This document shows, one piece after another, positions 57,555-64,000 of a stretch of DNA of 64,000 nucleotides. The translations under genes and the position numbers were made by a program. Location: positions 58,964,001-59,028,000 of the forward strand of contig CM059438.1 in NCBI GenBank assembly GCA_030390025.1, read 5' to 3'. Below the pieces are notes generated by a model that had not been told where the DNA came from, did not search any database, and saw nothing but the letters and a program-made list of their open reading frames with translations. This stretch comes from Squalus acanthias (lineage: Eukaryota). Numbering within the stretch: position 1 is the first letter of the stretch; the number at the start of each line of letters is the position of its first letter.

Positions 57555-59435
57555 GCATGACAGTGACCGTGTGTGGCAGTGACGGTGTGACGGTGAATGC
57601 GTGTAACAGTAATTCTGCATGACTAACCGTGTGACGGTGACACTGCGTGACTGTGACAATAACACTGTGTGACGGTGACACTGCATGTCGGTGACTGTGC
57701 GTGACAGTGGCTGCGTGTGACAGTGGCTGCGTGTGACAGTGACTGTGTGTGGTGGTGGCTGCGTGTGACAGTGACTGTGTGTGGTGGTGGCTGCGTGTGA
57801 CGGTGACTGTGTGTGACGGTGGCTGTGTGTGACAGTGGCTGCGTGTGACAGTGTCTGTGTGTGACAGTGTCTGTGTGTGACAGTGGCTGCGTGTAACGGT
57901 GGCTGCATGTGACGGTGGCTGCGTGTGATGGTGGCTGTGTGTGACGGTGACTGTGTGTGACGGTGGCTGCGTGTCACAGTGTCTGCGTGTGACAGTGGCT
58001 GTGTGTGACAGTGTCTGCGTGTGACAGTGTCTGCGTGTGACAGTGGCTGTGTGTGACGGTGGCTGTGTGTGACAGTGGCTGCGTGTGACAGTGTCTGCGT
58101 GTGACAGTGTCTGCGTGTGACAGTGGCTGAGTGTGACGGTGACTGTGCGTGATAGTGGCTGCGTGTGACAGTGGCTGTGTGTGACGGTGGCTGTGTGTGG
58201 TGGTGGCTGTGTGTGACAGTGTCTGCGTGTGACAGTGTCTGCGTGTGACAGTGGCTGAGTGTGACGGTGACTGTGCGTGATAGTGGCTGCGTGTGACAGT
58301 GTCTGTGTGTGACAGTGACAATGCGTGTGATGGTAGCTGTGTGTGACGGTGGCTGCATGTGACGGTGACTGTGTATGATAGTGGCTGCGTGTGACAGTGT
58401 CTGAATGTGACGGTGGCTGTGTGTGACGGTGACTGTGTGACAGTGGCTGCGTGTGACAGTGTCTGTGTGTGACGGTGACTGTGTGTGACAGTGACTGTGT
58501 GTGGTGGTGGCTGTGTGTGACGGTGGCTGTGTGTGACAGTGGCTGCGTGTGACAGTGGCTGCGTGTGACGGTGGCTGCGTGTGACGGTGGCTGCTTGTGG
58601 TGGTGGCTGCGTGTGACAGTGACTGTGTGTGGTGGTGGCTGCGTGTGACGGTGACTGTGTGTGACGGTGGCTGTGTGTGACAGTGGCTGCGTGTGACGGT
58701 GACTGTGTGTGACAGTGGCTGCGTGTGACAGTGTCTGCGTGTGACAGTGGCTGTGTGTGACAGTGGCTGCGTGTGACGGTGGCTGCGTGTGACGGTGGCT
58801 GCGTGTGATGGTGGCTGTGTGTGACGGTGACTGTGTGTGACGGTGGCTGCGTGTCACAGTGTCTGCGTGTGACAGTGGCTGTGTGTGACAGTGTCTGCGT
58901 GTGACAGTGTCTGCGTGTGACAGTGGCTGTGTGTGACGGTGGCTGTGTGTGGTGGTGGCTGTGTGTGACAGTGGCTGCGTGTGACAGTGTCTGCGTGTGA
59001 CAGTGGCTGAGTGTGACGGTGACTGTGCGTGATAGTGGCTGCGTGTGACAGTGTCTGTGTGTGACAGTGACAATGCGTATGATGGTAGCTGTGTGTGACG
59101 GTGGCTGAGTGTGACGGTGACTGTGCGTGATAGTGGCTGCGTGTGACAGTGGCTGCGTGTGACAGTGCGTGAAAGTGTCTGCGTGCGACATTGGTTGCGT
59201 GTGACAGTGCGTGTGACTGTGGCTGTGTGTGACGGTGGCTGTGACAGTGTGTGACAGTGTCTGCGTGTGACAGTGGCTGCATGTGACAGTGACAGTGCGT
59301 GTGACAGTGTCTGCGTGTGACGGTGGCTGCGTGTGACAGTGACAGTGCGTGTGACGGTGGCTGTGTGTGACAGTGATAGTGCGTGATAGTGTCTGCGTGT
59401 GACAGTGGCTGCGTGTGACGGTGACAGTGCGTGAT
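57555..59435. repeat. TG-rich 18-bp minisatellite (GTGACAGTGGCTGCGTGT and variants), ~1.9 kb
   Basis: Directly visible; degenerate at both edges. Confidence 0.95.
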
Positions 59436-59699
59436 CTTTCATTGGGCCTGCAGTGTTTGATGGGCCGGTTGCCTCAGTATCTAGTTATAAAGCAGCTTGG
59501 TCCTTGTGTGTTCATGTCTGACAAAGCTATTTGATTTGTTGGCAAGCTGACAAATGTCGCTGCCACCATCAGCACGCTCTCACCTTTCCTGCTAAAAATG
59601 CAAGCAGCGTCACATCTCCTATGCTGTTTGAGCCTCCGATCGGGACACACTATATCCTGGAGATCTCGAACATATTAACTCCGTTTCCATAGTTATTCT

Positions 59700-60680
59700 C
59701 ATCTAGTTTCTCCCTTGCTCTCCTAAAGGTGCTGACTCATGCCCAGGTACAGGTCTCCGGCACCTCAACCAAGGTGTATTCCTTCATGTCTGAGCCAACA
59801 CAGTGGCAGCAGGCTATTCAACCAAGGGGGCTGCATCATTCAGCTCAATGCTGTACTCACCTGACAGCCACACGCCAGGGGCTCGCTCGATGGTGATCAG
59901 GTACGAGGTTCCCGGCTGGTTGCTTTCTCCCCCCCCCCTCACTAATCTGGGGCACTGAGGCCAATTACAGTCTCGCACCCCGAGCTGAACTTAGCCCAAT
60001 CAGAATAGACCAGGAATCGAGCCTGGGATCCTTCCTGGGGTGCGGGGAGCGAGCAGGAGAGTGGGACGACAGCAGACAATTCACATGGAGCGAGACACCA
60101 GCGCAGATGGTCTGTTCCTGTGCTGTGAGAGTCGCAGACTCTGGGACCCCTGGTCTGTGTGGCTCAGTATTGCACAGCACTGCATTTACTCTCAGCCATT
60201 GGCCAAGTCTCAGTTTTGGGATCAATAACAAAGTTTTCCTCCATGAGGATTTTCCTTACAATTCAGTGTTCTGGGATTTATCTTTTCATCGAATCTTGCC
60301 ATGTTTCATACAACAGTGACTACACTTCAAAAGTACTTCATTGGCTGTTAAGCACTTTGGTGGGGAAAGGCGCTACAGAAATGCAAGTCTTTCTTTTTAC
60401 ATCTATGTGTATTTTTATTTTTTTTATCAATTACTTTCTTCCCATATCTCCTGAAGGTGCTCATTTTTTGGTAGGGTACTGTTCTATGCGAGCCAGCCAT
60501 TCTTCATATGTGACTCCAGGCCCCTACAGGCCATTAAACCGTGGAGGGAATCAAAGAGTCAAGGCCACTTCTGTGCTCACCCAAAGGCCACACTTCCCAA
60601 TAGGAACCTCAGTTAACAACCAAAACCAGGAATTCTGGCCAATTTTCTGCTTCTTCGCCCAGAGGCACTGAGGCTACCTG
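59700..60680 (-). mobile_element. Two decayed copies (about 59710-60040 and 60440-60678) of an unidentified, probably SINE-like repeat, plus a Deu-SINE tail at 60298-60398 (+)
   Basis: Shared colinear words aaggtgct, ttcat, cagg, ctcacc, gccacac, ggcactgaggc; B-box-like ggctcgattcc on the minus strand near 60012-60023. Confidence 0.45.
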
Positions 60681-60695
60681 GATTACAGAATCATA

Positions 60696-61588
60696 GGGGG
60701 AAAAATTAGGTCGCGCCCCATTTGGGGTGCAAATATCGTCTGGACGCAAATATTAGCGCCTGGCGCTAATTATCGGCACTGACTGGAATCTTCACTTTTA
60801 CCGCCCCGGGAGGTGATTGGAGCGCTAAATCAGGCGCTGCACACCTGTCTTAAGGCGCAAAGGCCAAGGAGTGAGGCGCTAACTCAGAGCGCTGGCGAAG
60901 CTCATGTAATGTCAGTCAGCAATGGAACACACACACAATGGCACCGGCCAGTTCTTAAAGGGGATGGTTAATCTTGCTTTCCATCCACATCCTGTTCATT
61001 GCTGCCTTGAATCTCGGCCTGGAGAGACTTGCACATCAAATCTGCTGGAAAGAACAATGGAGAGTACCAGGCAAAGAGCTCAGAGTGCAGCTCCCACAGT
61101 CTCTGCTAAATCGATACAAGGAATGGCAAATCAAAATGAACCTGCAAAGTGCTGCTCAGTACCCAAAACTCCTTCACACAACGTTGAATCTCTCCAGAAG
61201 TCTCTCCCTCTCTCTCTCAGAATGCGTAGTTCAAAAATGCCACCAACAATAAAAGACAGGAAGAGGCCCCCTTTAAATAGCGCCCCCCCCAGCCCCACAG
61301 CGATTGATAGCGTTCCAGTCTTCTGGTCGTTGGATGCGCCAGGCGGTAAGGCAGGGGGCGCCACTCAATTTCCGCTCCGGGGCGCCACAAGGGCGTTGCA
61401 CCATGGAATGACGTCACAATCTGCGCGCGCAGGTGGTCGCAGTGGTAAAGTTTAGCGCCGCCGCACAATCTCTAGTTAAGTTCCCGAGCGGCGCAAACAT
61501 CGCTGCGCCCGGGCGTTAGCGGCTTTGCGCCCCATTAGCGCCCTCTTAAGGCACTAACGGGAGGCGCAACCAACTGAATTTTTACCCC
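60696..61588. mobile_element. Complete Harbinger-type MITE (893 bp)
   Basis: TIRs GGGGGAAAAATT / AATTTTTACCCC (11 of 12 match), flanked by ATA on both sides (60693-60695, 61589-61591); no transposase ORF. Confidence 0.85.
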
Positions 61589-62200
61589 ATAGAATCATAC
61601 AGCACAGAAGGAGGCCATTCGGCCCATGGTGCCTGTGCCGGCTCTCTGAAAGAACTATCCAATTAGACCCACTCCCCCGCTCCTTCCCCATAGCCCTGCA
61701 ATTTTCTCCATTTCAAGTATTAATCCAATTCCCTTTTAGGCCGAATGAAAAAAAACGCCTCAAAAACTTTCCACAGAGCTGGGGGGAGAAATCCTCGCTG
61801 GTTCTCCGGTCATTTTCCAGATGACATTTTGAACTTGGTATTTTCTTGATTTGAAATCCGCCTTCAGGGTTGGAGCTTATGGAATCTCGGCTTCACCGAC
61901 ACCCCAACACGGCAGTTGTGGGAGCAGAGGAGCTGGAGCAGGCAGCAGTGACGTGACCATCTAAGAGGAGACATTTCTTTCAACAAGCGAGTTGTTGTGA
62001 TCTGGAACGCGCTGCCTGAAAGGGCGGTGGGAGCAGAATCAATAGGAACTTTCAAAATGGAGTTGGATAAATACTTGAAGGGGAAAGATTTGCAGGGTTC
62101 TGGGGAAAGAGCGGGGGGGAGTGGGACTAATTGGAGAGCTCTTTCAAAGAGCCGGCACAGGCACGATGAGCTGAATGGCCTCGTTCTGTGCTGTATGCTT
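61589..62200. mobile_element. Two CR1 3' ends in opposite orientation (61589-61737 minus; ~61962-62200 plus)
   Basis: WNALPERAV..FKMELDKYL translation; shared aaagagccggcacaggcac 3' UTR. Confidence 0.8.
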
Positions 62201-62574
62201 CTGTCTGTCTCCTTGGTGACACTGATATCAGCCAGTACATTTGACACCATCACCCAACACTGCCCTTTGTGACGTACTGACTGGCGTCCCAATCAATGTG
62301 GCATTTATTCTGATTGTACGGAAGCTCGCAGTGTTAAGACTCTCTCCCTCCACACCCTGATCCACCAAAGGTCGCGTTGTTCCATCACATAACATAATCG
62401 CAATTGTCAGTGCTTACAGGACTGGTGAACAAAGGACTGATTTAAACAAGACGTAAGTAGCTCCACTGATGGACATTACCACTGATGTATGGCAGGGAGA
62501 AACAGAGCCTCAGAACCATACCCTTCACAGTAGCACAGTCTGTATTACGTCAACCAGTGTGCGTAAAACTATTT

Positions 62575-62998
62575 TCTCAGAAAGTCGTTCAAGCCCCATT
62601 CCAGAGACTAAAGCTCATAATCCAGGCTGACACTCCAGTGCAGTACTGAGGGAGTGCTGCCCTGTCGGAGGTGCCGTCTTTCGGATGAGACGTTAAACCG
62701 AGGCCCCGTCTGCTCCCTCAGGTGGACGCAAAAGATCCCATGGCGCTATTTCGAAGAAGAGCTGGGGTGTTCTCCCCGGTGTCCTGGCCAATATTTATCC
62801 CTCAACCAACATTACTAAAACAGATTATCTGGTTATTTATCTCATTGCTGTTTGTGGGAGCTTGCTGTGCACAAATTGGTTGCTGCGTTTCCCACATTAC
62901 AACAGTGACTACACTTGAAAAGTACTTCATTGGCTGTGAAGCGCTTTGTGACATCTTGAGGTCATGAAAGGCACTCAATAATTGCAAATTCTTCTTTT
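62575..62998 (+). mobile_element. Deu-domain SINE
   Basis: B-box-like gttcaagccc, Deu core and L2-type tail as in 32801-33235. Confidence 0.88.
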
Positions 62999-63506
62999 TA
63001 TCTCAGGGTTGGATTCCCAATTTAAGGATTCAATGGACATTAATCACATTTAAAATAATTGTTTCCTGACAGACAAGAATGAGATTTTGGCATCCTCAAA
63101 GAAACAACAATGGAGAGCTGGTCATAAGTAAAATGAGATAGTTTTTCAGCCTGGAGGAGTAACGGGACTGTAGATCAGTAGAAAATCACCAACAGGCCCC
63201 AGGTGTATCGATGGTGACACCATTTTAGCCACATGTACTAATTTTAGTAGAAAACGCCTCACTCACACACTACAGGTAAATGTACCTCAGACGTGCATAT
63301 TTACTAAACAAAACATCTACCAGCATTCAGTAACCAAGGAAGTAAAACACTCAACACTCAATAAACACTCGCACTCTCTGCTTTATCTATTTTACCAACA
63401 AACGCACAAAAAAGGTTAAAGTTCACATATGAGGATTGAGATCACAGGCCCAATGACAGTGGCTATCACTCATTTCTTAATTTACCAATCAGACGTGCAA
63501 TTAGGG

Positions 63507-63573
63507 ACATCTGGATTTCCAATTAGCCACATCTGGATTCCCAATTAGCCACATCTGGATTCCCAATTATCCA
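63507..63573. repeat. 22-bp tandem repeat, 3 copies (CACATCTGGATTCCCAATTAGC)
   Basis: Directly visible with about two substitutions. Confidence 0.9.
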
Positions 63574-64000
63574 CGCGTGGCTATTGTATTGGACAGCATT
63601 GCTGTGCAGGGCAGTTAACAATAACTGATGGAATAGTGCACAAAGTGAGCAGAATTGTAATGCTGGAAAATTTATGCCAAGAAGTCACCTGAACAGCTGT
63701 AAGTCTAGGTGTTGCAACAGCTGCGATTCCAGTCACTGGCGCGTACGTTGATTGTGGATTGAGTGATGCCTACCCAATCAAGCCCTGTATTCCCGCCACG
63801 ATGAACTACTTTGAGTTATATTCTCGTTTAGCTATACGGCCAGCGCGAAAGGTGTGAGTCAGCGATCTGGAAATTGTGCACAATTCATATCGATAGCGGG
63901 GAAATGTTTGGGCTTGTTATATGGGATACTGTCTGTACTTATCTAGGAGTGTTACTCAATAAACCATGGGACTGCACCCTCTAATCCAAAGGACACATAT

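Noticed and set aside
53656..59442. Cys-rich and His/Thr-rich ORFs (metallothionein- or mucin-like)
   Set aside because: Multi-frame read-through of the 28-bp and 18-bp minisatellites with no flanking gene structure.
61600..62195. Inverted repeat suggesting a DNA transposon
   Set aside because: Both arms are ordinary CR1 3' ends in opposite orientation.
63690..63860. Short plus-strand open frame near a possible GTGAGT donor
   Set aside because: No convincing acceptor and no recognisable homology.

Overview
Eukaryotic, repeat-dominated vertebrate DNA; the repeat families (Deu-domain SINEs, abundant CR1 and L2 LINEs, GIY-YIG Penelope-like elements) point to a cartilaginous fish (inference). 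About 26.4 kb (2871-29252) is one head-to-tail 25-bp satellite with variant domains, a ~7.6-7.8 kb higher-order duplication and indel-rich patches that look like uncorrected long-read error; the giant ORFs across it are artefacts. The rest is nested retroelements, including a near full-length Penelope-like element with hammerhead-ribozyme motifs and two rearranged (inverted) copies, two copies of a Harbinger-type MITE, and four minisatellites. The only host-gene signals are a CpG-island promoter with a probable minus-strand first exon at ~40.9 kb and two splice-flanked candidate exons at 74-458, which would put the whole satellite inside an intron. No host protein could be identified and I found no convincing new biological system; the best leads are the ribozyme motifs, the possibly intronic satellite and the insertion junctions. 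All coordinates and alignments were read by eye.
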